A stretch of DNA of 64,000 nt from an uncultured Selenomonadales bacterium (GCA_947307055.1 CAMZHX010000013.1:1242-65241); one strand, 5' to 3'. Positions 50,205-58,824 are shown, counted from the first letter of the stretch. Made by a program: numbers and translations. The notes: a model not told the origin generated them from the letters alone.

Positions 50205-52877
50205 TTATTTGTTCGAGCCGATAACCAGCTTGCGGACAATATCGACAGGAATAATCGTGAACGCCATAGCCAAGACGAACGCCCATTCAGTCATCGTCAA
50301 GCCGTAGCAACGAAGAATCGCACCGCCAAGATACGTCATAGCGATTTGCACAACGACAATCAACGCCATAACTTTCAAAAAGCCGGGGTTGCCGCTTATG
50401 TTGTCAAAAAGATTTATTCTATCGGTACGGGCGTTAAATGCGTTGAAAACGGCTAGGAAGATAAAGAACGCAAAGTAACCCGTCAAAACGTAAACGCTGT
50501 CGCCGCCAAAAGTTATGTTGACGCCTTCGGGATTGACATCGCGGAAATGCTCGCGTGAAAAGTCTGTAAGCAGGAAGACCAAGCCCATTACGAATCCCCA
50601 CAAAGAACCCGTACCAATCGCGCTGTACATGTATTTATTGATAATCGGTTCGTCGCGCCGTTTCGGAGCCTCTTCCATGAATCTATCGAGAGCAGGCTCG
50701 CCGCCGAATGCCAACGCCGCTAAAGTATCCATAACGAGATTGACCCAAAGGATTTGCGTTATCGACAGCGGATTTTCCAAACCGAGCAGCGGACATACAA
50801 ACGAAATTAAAACTGCGCTGACGTTGATTGTCAACTGGAAGATGATAAATTTGCGGATTGAGTTAAAGATTGTGCGCCCGTAGAGAATCGCCTTGCCAAT
50901 CGATTTGAAGTTGTCGTCGAGGATAACAATTTCGCTGGCCTCTTTAGCGACTTCGGTGCCGCCACCCATTGCAAAGCCGACGTCGGCTTTTTTTAATGCG
51001 GGCGAATCGTTGACGCCGTCGCCGGTCATACCTACAACCAAATTTAATTCCTGCGCCAAACGAACTAAGCGGCTTTTATCAGTCGGGAGGGCGCGTGCGA
51101 TAACTCTAATCTTCGGGAGCTTCTGCTTGACTTCGTCGTCGCTCATAGCATTTAGTTCGGTGCTCGTTATGACAATCGCGTCGTCAATCTCAATCAAGCC
51201 CGCTTCCTTAGCAATCGCCTGCGCGGTCTCTTTTCTGTCGCCGGTAATCATAACGACTTGAACGCCGGCCGAGTGCACTTGCTCAATAGCTTTGATTGCA
51301 TCGGGTCTTACGTCGTCGCGAATGCCCGTCACGCCTACGAAAGTCAAGCCGCTATCGGGAATGTTGCCGTCCTTAACTTCGCCGTCGTAAGTAACAAGCG
51401 CAAGCGTCCTTATAGCGCGGTTGGCGAGTTCGTCAATCTTCGCGTTGATTGCTGTTGTCGAGGTTAGCTTTTGTTGTTGCCCGTTAGCGTCGTAGTAGTA
51501 GGAGCATTTGTCGAGGAGACGTTCGGGTGCGCCCTTAATCAGCCACAGATTGAAATCGCCGCTGACTTTCGCCATAGAATATTTTTTCGCGCTGTCGAAG
51601 GGAACAGTATCATCGATTTTCACGTTGGGCGGATTGTCCTTGCCGATTAAAAATCCGAGCAGGGCGCGGTCAGTCATGTTGCCGCCGACGATTTTATCGC
51701 CGGTGATGACTGCGCCGTTATTGAATCGAATAGACAAGGAAATCAACGCTTGCAATTTTTTGCTGAGCTTGTCGAAAGTCTCTGTGAAAGTCGCGGTGCC
51801 GTCGAGGAATGTCACGACTTCGAGCAAACCTTTAGTGATTGTGCCGGTCTTGTCGCTGAAAAGAAGGTTCAGACTGCCGGCGGTCTCGATGCCGGAAATT
51901 TTGCGGACAAGGACGTTATCCTTTAACATCTTGCCCATATTTTGCGCCGAGACAATCGCAATCATGAGCGGCAAACCTTCGGGCACCGCCATAACGATAA
52001 TTATGACGGCGAGCATAACCGCTTCAACGAGACTATTTAAAATGTTCATCCAATCGGAGCAGAACGCCGACATTTGCGCCCAATCGAAGTTGTGTTGAAT
52101 GGCGATGCGCTCGAACATGAACGCGACCGCAATCGCGATACCGCCAATATAACCGAACTTTGAAATTTGTCCGGCAAGGTCGGTGAGCTTTATTTTTAAC
52201 GGGGTGTCGCGGTCTTCATCGATTTGGAGTTCGCCAGCGATTTTGCCATAAACGGTGTTATCGCCGAGCGTGACTGTCCTCATAACGGCACTACCGCCCG
52301 CCACGACTGCTGCGCGGAAAACTTTATGCGGGTTGAGGAAGTCTGTACTCTGCGCGGCTTCAGAATCGGCAGTTTCATTCGGCGCGGGAGTCTTAGCCTC
52401 TTCCTTAGCCTCGCCGTTGAGAATCGATTGGTCGACATTGATTGAGCCGTCGATAATGACGCCGTCAGCGGGAATTTTATCGCCGGTCTGCAACAGGACG
52501 CAATCGCCCATAGTTATTTCGTTAATCGGAATTTCAGTCACGACGCCATTGCGATAAACTTTGCACTTTATCAGCGACGCTTCGCCCTGCAACTTTTGGA
52601 ATGCGCTTTCGTTTTTGTATTCGGAGAAGGTCGAGACCAAAGTCGCCAACAAAACCGCTAACGCTATGCCGACTGATTCATACCATTCCGCCTTGCCCAT
52701 GAACGCAAAGAAAACGTTGAGCACGAGCGCAAAAATTAAAATTTTGATTATGGGGTCATCGAAATTTCCTTTGAGCTTATCCCAGAAACCTTCGCGAGCC
52801 TGTTCGGTGATTGAGTTGTCGCCGAACTTCGCTTTAGCCTCTTGAACTTGAGCATCTGTTAAACCTGTGATTTTCAA
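50205..52877 (-). CDS. Ca2+-transporting P-type ATPase (P2 type, PMCA/SERCA-like)
   Basis: Motifs TGD, FSDKTGTITKG, MITGDRKETA and GMTGDGVNDSPALKKADVGFAMG, with 10-TM topology. The TTG start overlaps the upstream GT2 stop (TTGA). Confidence 0.93.
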   Translation of the reverse strand: MKITGLTDAQVQEAKAKFGDNSITEQAREGFWDKLKGNFDDPIIKILIFALVLNVFFAFMGKAEWYESVGIALAVLLATLVSTFSEYKNESAFQKLQGEASLIKCKVYRNGVVTEIPINEITMGDCVLLQTGDKIPADGVIIDGSINVDQSILNGEAKEEAKTPAPNETADSEAAQSTDFLNPHKVFRAAVVAGGSAVMRTVTLGDNTVYGKIAGELQIDEDRDTPLKIKLTDLAGQISKFGYIGGIAIAVAFMFERIAIQHNFDWAQMSAFCSDWMNILNSLVEAVMLAVIIIVMAVPEGLPLMIAIVSAQNMGKMLKDNVLVRKISGIETAGSLNLLFSDKTGTITKGLLEVVTFLDGTATFTETFDKLSKKLQALISLSIRFNNGAVITGDKIVGGNMTDRALLGFLIGKDNPPNVKIDDTVPFDSAKKYSMAKVSGDFNLWLIKGAPERLLDKCSYYYDANGQQQKLTSTTAINAKIDELANRAIRTLALVTYDGEVKDGNIPDSGLTFVGVTGIRDDVRPDAIKAIEQVHSAGVQVVMITGDRKETAQAIAKEAGLIEIDDAIVITSTELNAMSDDEVKQKLPKIRVIARALPTDKSRLVRLAQELNLVVGMTGDGVNDSPALKKADVGFAMGGGTEVAKEASEIVILDDNFKSIGKAILYGRTIFNSIRKFIIFQLTINVSAVLISFVCPLLGLENPLSITQILWVNLVMDTLAALAFGGEPALDRFMEEAPKRRDEPIINKYMYSAIGTGSLWGFVMGLVFLLTDFSREHFRDVNPEGVNITFGGDSVYVLTGYFAFFIFLAVFNAFNARTDRINLFDNISGNPGFLKVMALIVVVQIAMTYLGGAILRCYGLTMTEWAFVLAMAFTIIPVDIVRKLVIGSNK

Positions 52878-53947
52878 TTTACAACCTCCAAAACTATTTT
52901 TTTCAACTCCTCGACTTGAAGTTTGAGCGCGTCAATTTGTTCGTTCTGCTGTTCCGTGTAGAGTTTGAACATATTGGCATTGATAAACAAATAAGCAGTC
53001 AACGCGGCGTAGGTATTTGAATCATCAGCGAAAAATTTCTCCTTGAAGAATTTGAAGAAATCAGCCGGTTCAAAGTCATTATCAGTTAAAAAACCTTTTG
53101 AAATAGCACTAAGCCGATTTTGCATAAAAAAATCCAACGTTATGTATTCGTATTTGAGATTTTCTCTGAAGAATTCTTGACCGTCCATAAAATCATTTAA
53201 GATCTTGAAAACTTCAATGGCCATTTTACTTGCCGTAATCACGTCAAGTTTTTTATGCGAAAGAGAATTGTACCTTATCCGATAGTAGTAGTTATTGAAC
53301 GGAACGCGAACATAAACTTTGGCAGTAGTAACGCACATAAACGCAAAAATCATATCTTCCCATACTTCCATCGGCTTGAACTTGATATTGTTGTCGTCGA
53401 GGAATTTTTTCAGGAAAAGCTTATTGCAAGCCCACCACAAATATTGCTGGTTGGCAAAATCTTCGACGCGCTTGCCAATGTCAGAAGTCTCAAGGGTCGG
53501 TTCCGTCACGAAATTTTCTTGCTGAATACTGCTGGCGGTAGCCTCATTTTTATCGCCATCTTCATGGAAACCTAAAAATTTTTCGACGTGAACGACTTCG
53601 GCATTAAATTCTTCCGCGACGTTGTAAAGTTCTTCCAAAGCCGTCGTGCTTAAAAGGTCGTCTGCGTCGAGGAAGTAAACGTATTTCCCCTGCGCCATAT
53701 CGAGCGCGTAATTTCTCGGAATGCCGGGAAGGCCGCTATTCTGCTTGAACTTCGTCAACTTTAATCTGTCATGGAACTTCGGGAAAAAACTGTAGACGAC
53801 CGCCCTTGAAAAGTCGGTCGAGCAATCATCAACTACGATAACTTCAAAGTCTTTAAAGGTCTGATTCAAAAGACTGTCCAAACACTCGGCAACATATTTT
53901 TCTGCGTTGTACATTGCGATAATTACAGAGATTGCAGGAGTATTCAT
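52874..53947 (-). CDS. family 2 glycosyltransferase (paralog of 54902-55945)
   Basis: ISVIIAMYNAEKYVAECLDSLLNQTF.DFEVIVVDDCSTD and the FLDADD (DXD) motif. It shares long blocks with the other GT2 (YLWWACNKLF, EDMIFAFMCV, ALTAYLF). Confidence 0.9.
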   Translation of the reverse strand: MNTPAISVIIAMYNAEKYVAECLDSLLNQTFKDFEVIVVDDCSTDFSRAVVYSFFPKFHDRLKLTKFKQNSGLPGIPRNYALDMAQGKYVYFLDADDLLSTTALEELYNVAEEFNAEVVHVEKFLGFHEDGDKNEATASSIQQENFVTEPTLETSDIGKRVEDFANQQYLWWACNKLFLKKFLDDNNIKFKPMEVWEDMIFAFMCVTTAKVYVRVPFNNYYYRIRYNSLSHKKLDVITASKMAIEVFKILNDFMDGQEFFRENLKYEYITLDFFMQNRLSAISKGFLTDNDFEPADFFKFFKEKFFADDSNTYAALTAYLFINANMFKLYTEQQNEQIDALKLQVEELKKIVLEVVN

Positions 53948-53986
53948 TCCTAATTCCTCATTCCTACTTTCTACTTTCTAATTGCC
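53945..53986. repeat. single-arm tract of six degenerate heptamers
   Basis: cattcct aattcct cattcct actttct actttct aattgcc. It spans the GT2 start, the 23-nt spacer and the last codons of the nucleosidase gene. I found no complementary arm. Confidence 0.45.
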
Positions 53987-54900
53987 TTTATATAATCTTC
54001 GACTACCAGCAGAACAAAATCTTGCGCGACTGTCGCCGACCTGGGGGCGTAATCGTCATTAATAGTGATGTTATCTGAAAGGACGCGAATCCCTATGAAC
54101 GGCAAGCCTGCATTCTGACAAATTTGCGCGACGGCAACGGTCTCCATTTCCTCGCAAACCGTGCCGTATTTTTCGTGCAGGAAATCCATGTAATCAATCC
54201 AACACATCCACCAATCAGCACTACCAATTACTCCGGTCGTTACGTTGAATTCTTTATGAGCGTCGGCGACATTTTGAGCAACTTTTAAAAGCGTCGGGTC
54301 GGCGAGATATTCTTTATAGGGCTGAAATTTCCCGGTCGCCTTGTCGTAAGCGTAGACGCCGCGCATTTCCTGCGTAGTGAAATCGACGCCGGCTCCTTTG
54401 AGAGATTTAGCGGTTTTATAGGCGGAAGTCGGAATGCTTTTTTCGCCGATAACAATGTCGCCGATATTAAATTCTGGAGTGATACCGCCCGCTGTGCCTT
54501 GATTGATGACGGCGATTGGATTAAATTTCTTTATTGCCAGAGTCGTCGAGGCCGCCGCGTTTGCAAGTCCCTGTTCGGTGCGCGCGACTACGACCGGATA
54601 ATTTTTGTAGGTGCCCGCCACGAACAGATAATTGAAATCGCGATAGGCGACGGGGTTTTCAAGGGCGCGAATCAAAATTTCGGTCTCGGTATTCATTGCG
54701 CCTTCAATCAAAATCGGGCGAACTTTGCTTTTGTAGTCGCCTTTAGCTTTGGTCAAGGTGGTATAAAATTTTTCTGCAACCTCGCCCGCCTCGTCTGCCA
54801 AATCGTCTGCGTTTATAATGGTTTCCGGAAGATTTTCTGCTTGCGCGGGTGCCGTCATGAAAAACAGAGCCGCGCAGATTACCATTAAAAATTTTTTCAC
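53971..54900 (-). CDS. exported nucleosidase of the MTA/SAH nucleosidase (PNP_UDP_1) family
   Basis: Signal peptide MKKFLMVICAALFFMTAPAQA. Motifs IEGAMNTE, INQGTAGG and CEEMETVAVAQIC resemble Pfs/MtnN. Confidence 0.8.
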   Translation of the reverse strand: MKKFLMVICAALFFMTAPAQAENLPETIINADDLADEAGEVAEKFYTTLTKAKGDYKSKVRPILIEGAMNTETEILIRALENPVAYRDFNYLFVAGTYKNYPVVVARTEQGLANAAASTTLAIKKFNPIAVINQGTAGGITPEFNIGDIVIGEKSIPTSAYKTAKSLKGAGVDFTTQEMRGVYAYDKATGKFQPYKEYLADPTLLKVAQNVADAHKEFNVTTGVIGSADWWMCWIDYMDFLHEKYGTVCEEMETVAVAQICQNAGLPFIGIRVLSDNITINDDYAPRSATVAQDFVLLVVEDYIKAIRK

Positions 54901-54901
54901 G

Positions 54902-55945
54902 TTAAAGGCTCACCCCTTTTAAGCTCTTAATCTCTTCCGCTTGCTGATTCGTGTAGAGTTTGAAAAGCCCCGCCGCTACGAACAAATAAGCCGTCAACGC
55001 GGCGTTGTCATTTGCGGAGAAAATATTTTTGCGGAAGAACTCGAAGACTTCGGCGGGTTCCAAATCGCTGGCGACAAAAAAATTTTTCGCGATAACCTCA
55101 AGCCGCTCCTGAATGAAAAAATCTAACAGCGCGTATCGATACTGAAAATTTTCGCGGAAGAATTTTTGTCCGTCCATAAAATTATTCAACGCGCTCACAA
55201 CTTCAAGCATCGTCTTAGACATCTCAAGGGCGTCGCGAGATTCATGCGACAGAGAATTTTTTCTAATCCGGTAGTAGTAGCTGACGAACGGCACGCGGAC
55301 ATAAATTTTGGCGGTCGCGACGCACATAAACGCAAAAATCATATCCTCGAAAGATTTTGTCGCGGCAAATTTGATTTTGTTATCGGAAAGAAATTTGCGG
55401 CGGAAAAGCTTGTTGCAAGCCCACCATAAATATTTTTTCCCGATAAAATCGTTAACGCGCTTGCCAATGTCGGGAGTTTCAAGGGTCGGCGCGGTTACGA
55501 AATTGCCCGCCTGATTGCTCACGACTTCAGCACCCGATTTCCCGTCCGCGTCGAAGAATGCAAAACATTTCTCCACGTGAACAACATCGGCATTGAAATT
55601 TTCTGCTACGTCGTAAAGTTCTTCAAGAGCCGTCGCGCTTAAAAGGTCATCGCTGTCAAGGAAGTAAACATATTTGCCGCGAGCCGCTTCCAATGCAAAA
55701 TTTCTCGGAATGCCAGGAAAACCGATATTCCTAGAAAGTTTCATCAGCTTTAAATTGTCGCCGAACTTGCTAAAAAATTTTTCAGCGACTTTCAAAGAAT
55801 TATCGGTTGAGCAGTCGTCGACGATTAGCACTTCAAAATTTTGGAACGTCTGCGCATGAAGACTTTCGAGACATTCGCCGAGATATTTTTCAGCATTGAA
55901 CAGCGGGATAATCACCGAGACGGCGGGAATATTTTTCTTGCTCAT
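54902..55945 (-). CDS. family 2 glycosyltransferase (paralog of 52874-53947)
   Basis: VSVIIPLFNAEKYLGECLESLHAQTFQNFEVLIVDDCSTD and FLDSDD. It lies 3 nt after the TerD stop and 1 nt before the nucleosidase start. Confidence 0.9.
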   Translation of the reverse strand: MSKKNIPAVSVIIPLFNAEKYLGECLESLHAQTFQNFEVLIVDDCSTDNSLKVAEKFFSKFGDNLKLMKLSRNIGFPGIPRNFALEAARGKYVYFLDSDDLLSATALEELYDVAENFNADVVHVEKCFAFFDADGKSGAEVVSNQAGNFVTAPTLETPDIGKRVNDFIGKKYLWWACNKLFRRKFLSDNKIKFAATKSFEDMIFAFMCVATAKIYVRVPFVSYYYRIRKNSLSHESRDALEMSKTMLEVVSALNNFMDGQKFFRENFQYRYALLDFFIQERLEVIAKNFFVASDLEPAEVFEFFRKNIFSANDNAALTAYLFVAAGLFKLYTNQQAEEIKSLKGVSL

Positions 55946-55948
55946 GCC

Positions 55949-56551
55949 TTAGGTAAATCTCTTAGCCAATTCTTTCAAGCTCGCGTCCTTAGTGCCGGAG
56001 CCGATTGGATTAAATTTCCAGTCGTCACCGCGCTTGTAGACTTCGCCGGCAATCATCGAGAGCATATCGGTATAATCATCGCTGAGATTGAAACGGCAAA
56101 GTTCTTCGCGGCTGTCGGGGTCGATAATCCTAATAAAGGCGTTCTTAATCATGCCGAAATGCTGATTGCGAGCGACCGCTTGATAAATGTTGACGACGAA
56201 AATTAACTTGTCGTAATGCGGCGGCATTTTGTCGAGGTCAATGAAAATTTGTTCGTCATCGCCTTCGCCCTCGCCAGTGAGGTTATCGCCCATATGTTGA
56301 ACAGCGTCGCTTTTATGGTGGAGGTTCCCGAAATAAATCAGGTCTTCCTTGTCGACGAACTTTCCGTCTTTGCACATGAAAACAGAGGCGTCGCAGTCAA
56401 TACTTTCCTCGTTGCCGAAAAGCCTACTGAAGAAGCCAGTTTTTTTCTTGTTAGCGGCGTCCCAACCGAGACCGACCATAAGGCGCGTAAGTTTTCTGCC
56501 GTCGGATTTTTTGAGCGAAACTTTCTGCCCCTTCTGAAGATTGACAGACAT
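55949..56551 (-). CDS. TerD-family (TerD/YceD) stress protein
   Basis: LQKGQKVSL, GLGWD, DCDASVF and GDNLTGEGEGDDEQI (Ca2+-binding acidic motif), and KFNPIGSG. Confidence 0.93.
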   Translation of the reverse strand: MSVNLQKGQKVSLKKSDGRKLTRLMVGLGWDAANKKKTGFFSRLFGNEESIDCDASVFMCKDGKFVDKEDLIYFGNLHHKSDAVQHMGDNLTGEGEGDDEQIFIDLDKMPPHYDKLIFVVNIYQAVARNQHFGMIKNAFIRIIDPDSREELCRFNLSDDYTDMLSMIAGEVYKRGDDWKFNPIGSGTKDASLKELAKRFT

Positions 56552-56557
56552 TTAAAA

Positions 56558-56642
56558 TTCCCCTTTCAAAGGGAAAAGGGAAAAGGGAAATGGGAAAAGT
56601 CTTTTCCCTAACTTATCCCTTTTCCCTTCTCCCATTTCCCTA
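56558..56642. repeat. heptamer-built palindromic intergenic element, flavour A (GGGAAAW-type)
   Basis: gggaaaa gggaaaa gggaaat gggaaaag-tc-ttttccctaacttatcccttttcccttctcccatttccc, between the two TerD genes. Confidence 0.8.
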
Positions 56643-56646
56643 ACAA

Positions 56647-57225
56647 TCACACATTAACGCCGTAGTTTTTGCCGAGCGAAGCTAAGCCGCCGCTGAAGCC
56701 GGAGCCAATAGCGTTGAACTTCCACTCGCCCTTATTGCGATAAAGTTCGCCGATAACAACCGCGGTCTCGATTGAAAAATCTTCGCCCAAGTCGTAGCGG
56801 ATAAGCTCTTTATTATTCGTGGCGTCCATAACGCGAATGAAAGCGTTCTCGACTTGCCCGAAATTTTGCTTGCGTTCTTCTGCCTCATAAATCGTAACGG
56901 TGAAGTCAATCTTCTCGACTTCGGCGGGAACTTTGGAGAGGTCGATTTTAATTTCTTCGTCGTCGCCTTCGCCGGCACCCGTCAAGTTATCGCCGAGATG
57001 TTCCACCGAGCCGCTCTTATGCTTGAGGTTGCCGTAGAAAACAAAATCGTCATCGCTTGCAACTTTGCCGCTCGCACCGAGCAGGAAAACCGAAGCGTCC
57101 AAGTCGAAATCCTTGCCGCCGTCGTACTTGTTGGTATCCCAGCCGAGTCCGATTAAAATATTCTTCAAACCGGGATTAGTCTTCGTGAGGTCAACCTTTT
57201 GACCCTTCTTCAAACTGATTGCCAT
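56647..57225 (-). CDS. TerD-family (TerD/YceD) stress protein
   Basis: [36 protein letters not shown] and [14 protein letters not shown] lies upstream. Confidence 0.93.
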   Translation of the reverse strand: MAISLKKGQKVDLTKTNPGLKNILIGLGWDTNKYDGGKDFDLDASVFLLGASGKVASDDDFVFYGNLKHKSGSVEHLGDNLTGAGEGDDEEIKIDLSKVPAEVEKIDFTVTIYEAEERKQNFGQVENAFIRVMDATNNKELIRYDLGEDFSIETAVVIGELYRNKGEWKFNAIGSGFSGGLASLGKNYGVNV

Positions 57226-57261
57226 AAAGAAAAACCTCCTAAAAATTTTTAAGGCTCAAAT

Positions 57262-57290
57262 AATTTAACACACTCTGAAAAGAATTTCAA
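57262..57290 (-). promoter_or_regulatory. candidate promoter of the TerD operon
   Basis: Minus strand TTGAAA (57290-57285), 17 nt, TAAATT (57267-57262). It lies back-to-back with the sRNA-1 promoter. Confidence 0.5.
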
Positions 57291-57303
57291 GCAGTAAATC
57301 AAT

Positions 57304-57332
57304 TTGACAAAGCCGCGAGTTTATGATAAATT
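57304..57332 (+). promoter_or_regulatory. promoter of antitoxin-like sRNA 1
   Basis: TTGACA, 17 nt, TAAATT with an extended TG (tgaTAAATT). Confidence 0.6.
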
Positions 57333-57338
57333 TTTCGC

Positions 57339-57441
57339 GTCAAAAGGACAATTTTAATGATAGGCAGTCCGTTTTGGGCTCCTTCCTCGTTAGTAACTAT
57401 AGACTATTGATTCTTGAGCCGATGAGACGGCTTATTTTTTT
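57339..57441 (+). ncRNA. candidate type I antitoxin sRNA 1 (~100 nt)
   Basis: It runs from the predicted TSS to the hairpin AGCCG-augaga-CGGCU plus UAUUUUUUU. The 3' end is complementary to the toxin ORF 3' end. The internal GGGCUCCUUCC is complementary to the toxin Shine-Dalgarno. Confidence 0.55.
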
Positions 57442-57518
57442 CCATTAAGGTACGTCAGCAACGCGAGAACGAACGTCCCGATGTTTGACAAGTGGTCAAG
57501 CCAGTCGAAGAAATCCAT
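57432..57518 (-). CDS. candidate type I toxin, 28-aa hydrophobic peptide MDFFDWLDHLSNIGTFVLALLTYLNGKK (copy 1)
   Basis: ATG preceded by GGAAGGAGGTGA (6-nt spacing), its own TTGAAA-17-TATATT promoter, a hydrophobic core and a C-terminal KK. It is below the ORF-track size cutoff. Confidence 0.65.
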   Translation of the reverse strand: MDFFDWLDHLSNIGTFVLALLTYLNGKK

Positions 57519-57578
57519 TGCGCGTCACCTCCTTCCCTCGAGGAAGAAAGCCGACACAGCGAACTACCTGCCAAAATG

Positions 57579-57607
57579 AATATATCATACGTTCATAAAT
57601 CTTTCAA
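57579..57607 (-). promoter_or_regulatory. promoter of toxin copy 1
   Basis: Minus strand TTGAAA (57607-57602), 17 nt, TATATT (57584-57579) with an extended TG. The ~54-nt leader folds CUUUCUUCC/GGAAGGAGG over the SD. Confidence 0.6.
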
Positions 57608-57619
57608 CCAGTAAACAAT

Positions 57620-57648
57620 TTGACAAAGCCGCAAGTTTATGATAAATT
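57620..57648 (+). promoter_or_regulatory. promoter of antitoxin-like sRNA 2
   Basis: TTGACA, 17 nt, TAAATT with an extended TG. Confidence 0.6.
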
Positions 57649-57654
57649 TTCTGC

Positions 57655-57762
57655 GATTGAATGAGACAATTTTAATGGCAGGCAGTCCGCTTTGGGCTCC
57701 TTCCCCGTTAATGTAGATTTAGATTAAGGGTTTTTAGAGCCGACGAGACGGCTTATTTTTTT
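57655..57762 (+). ncRNA. candidate type I antitoxin sRNA 2 (~105 nt)
   Basis: Same layout as sRNA 1 (GGGCUCCUUCC box; terminator AGCCG-acgaga-CGGCU-UAUUUUUUU), but the body has diverged from copy 1. Confidence 0.55.
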
Positions 57763-57839
57763 CCATTAAGGTACGTCAGCAACGCGAGAACGAACGTCCC
57801 GATGTTTGACAAGTGGTCAAGCCAGTCGAAGAAATCCAT
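57753..57839 (-). CDS. candidate type I toxin, 28-aa peptide (copy 2, identical)
   Basis: Nucleotide-identical copy of 57432-57518, including the SD and leader. Confidence 0.65.
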   Translation of the reverse strand: MDFFDWLDHLSNIGTFVLALLTYLNGKK

Positions 57840-57899
57840 TGCGCGTCACCTCCTTCCCTCGAGGAAGAAAGCCGACACAGCGAACTACCTGCCAAAATG

Positions 57900-57928
57900 A
57901 ATATATCATACGTTCATAAATCTTTCAA
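57900..57928 (-). promoter_or_regulatory. promoter of toxin copy 2
   Basis: Identical copy of 57579-57607. Confidence 0.6.
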
Positions 57929-57968
57929 CCAGTAAATCAGTTTGAAAGCGAAAAATAGAGAACAAAAA

Positions 57969-58796
57969 TTAATTTTTTTCGACCTCCGTTGGGGAATTGT
58001 CTTCGGGCGGCACCTCGTCGGGCAAATCGTCGTTGGGTATGTCGATAACATCGCTGAACGGGACAATTTTTTCCTCGCCGTGTTCGTTATCGATATAGCG
58101 TAAACCTTCATCTGTTATAACAGCTTGGTCAGCTTGGAGAGCCGTCACTAATGCCGCGCTTTGTTGGTCAATGCTTATTATGCCAAAATTGCTGAGAAGT
58201 TTTTTAAGGACGGTTTTTTTAGCCATAGCGTCAAAATTCGTCGACCAAACTGAACTTTTTTTGCCCGAACGCAAATCATAGGCATAACTCTGCGAATATT
58301 TTTCCGCGTGCGCTTGAAGTTCTTCGACAGTCATATACAAACTTTTTTTGAAACCGTTAATGAGCTCCATGTAAGAAACGTAGCCGACAATGGTATCTGA
58401 AAGTTTTTCGCCGCGAATTATTTCGCCCGTCACAAAGTCGATTTCTTTAATTTGCCCTTCGCAAACCGCGCCCGAATTTAGCGTGCGATATTGACCGGAG
58501 CGCATTGCCAACTGAATGTAGCCGCGATAACCGAGTTGAAACGTTGCGTGATTTTTATAAGGAACGATATGTGCAAGACCTAAGCTGGGGTTTATTGGGA
58601 GTTTAAGCGCGGCAGCGATACCGGCGGCACTCAAAATTGAATTCGGCGAGCAATTTTGCAGTTTCGAGTTACTGCGATAAATTGTGAGTATCGACGAAAT
58701 GAATGATGGCGCGGATTTGTCCAAAAGTTCTTCAAAGCGGCGTTTAATTCCCGATGAAGCCAAAAGTTGTTGGAGCGTTGGGTTTTCCTGCCTCAT
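57969..58796 (-). CDS. recT: RecT-family single-strand annealing recombinase
   Basis: Start at ATG 58796 (AAGGAG 7 nt upstream). Core sequence ([13 protein letters not shown]...GLAHIVPY...[18 protein letters not shown]...W) is typical of RecT. No partner exonuclease gene is adjacent. Confidence 0.88.
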   Translation of the reverse strand: MRQENPTLQQLLASSGIKRRFEELLDKSAPSFISSILTIYRSNSKLQNCSPNSILSAAGIAAALKLPINPSLGLAHIVPYKNHATFQLGYRGYIQLAMRSGQYRTLNSGAVCEGQIKEIDFVTGEIIRGEKLSDTIVGYVSYMELINGFKKSLYMTVEELQAHAEKYSQSYAYDLRSGKKSSVWSTNFDAMAKKTVLKKLLSNFGIISIDQQSAALVTALQADQAVITDEGLRYIDNEHGEEKIVPFSDVIDIPNDDLPDEVPPEDNSPTEVEKN

Positions 58797-58824
58797 AAAG
58801 ATTCTCCTTTCAAATTTTTTAGCC

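Larger units (their letters stand above)
57291..57950. repeat. tandem direct repeat: two 321-bp units plus a ~20-bp third start
   Basis: 57424-57612 is identical to 57745-57933. The toxin ORFs are offset by exactly 321 bp. The remaining parts of each unit align with substitutions and indels. Confidence 0.9.

Noticed and set aside
57357-57410. 17-codon ORF (MIGSPFWAPSSLVTIDY) inside sRNA 1, with a 13-codon counterpart in sRNA 2
   Set aside because: The second copy lacks any SD and has a different length and stop. The nucleotide changes between copies are not biased toward synonymous sites. A non-coding antisense RNA is the simpler reading, though a tiny protein antitoxin cannot be fully excluded.
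57914-58111. 65-aa ORF overlapping the 3' end of recT and the last TA promoter
   Set aside because: It is in a different frame inside recT on the same strand and has no SD. Its start lies within the toxin-2 promoter copy, so it is spurious.
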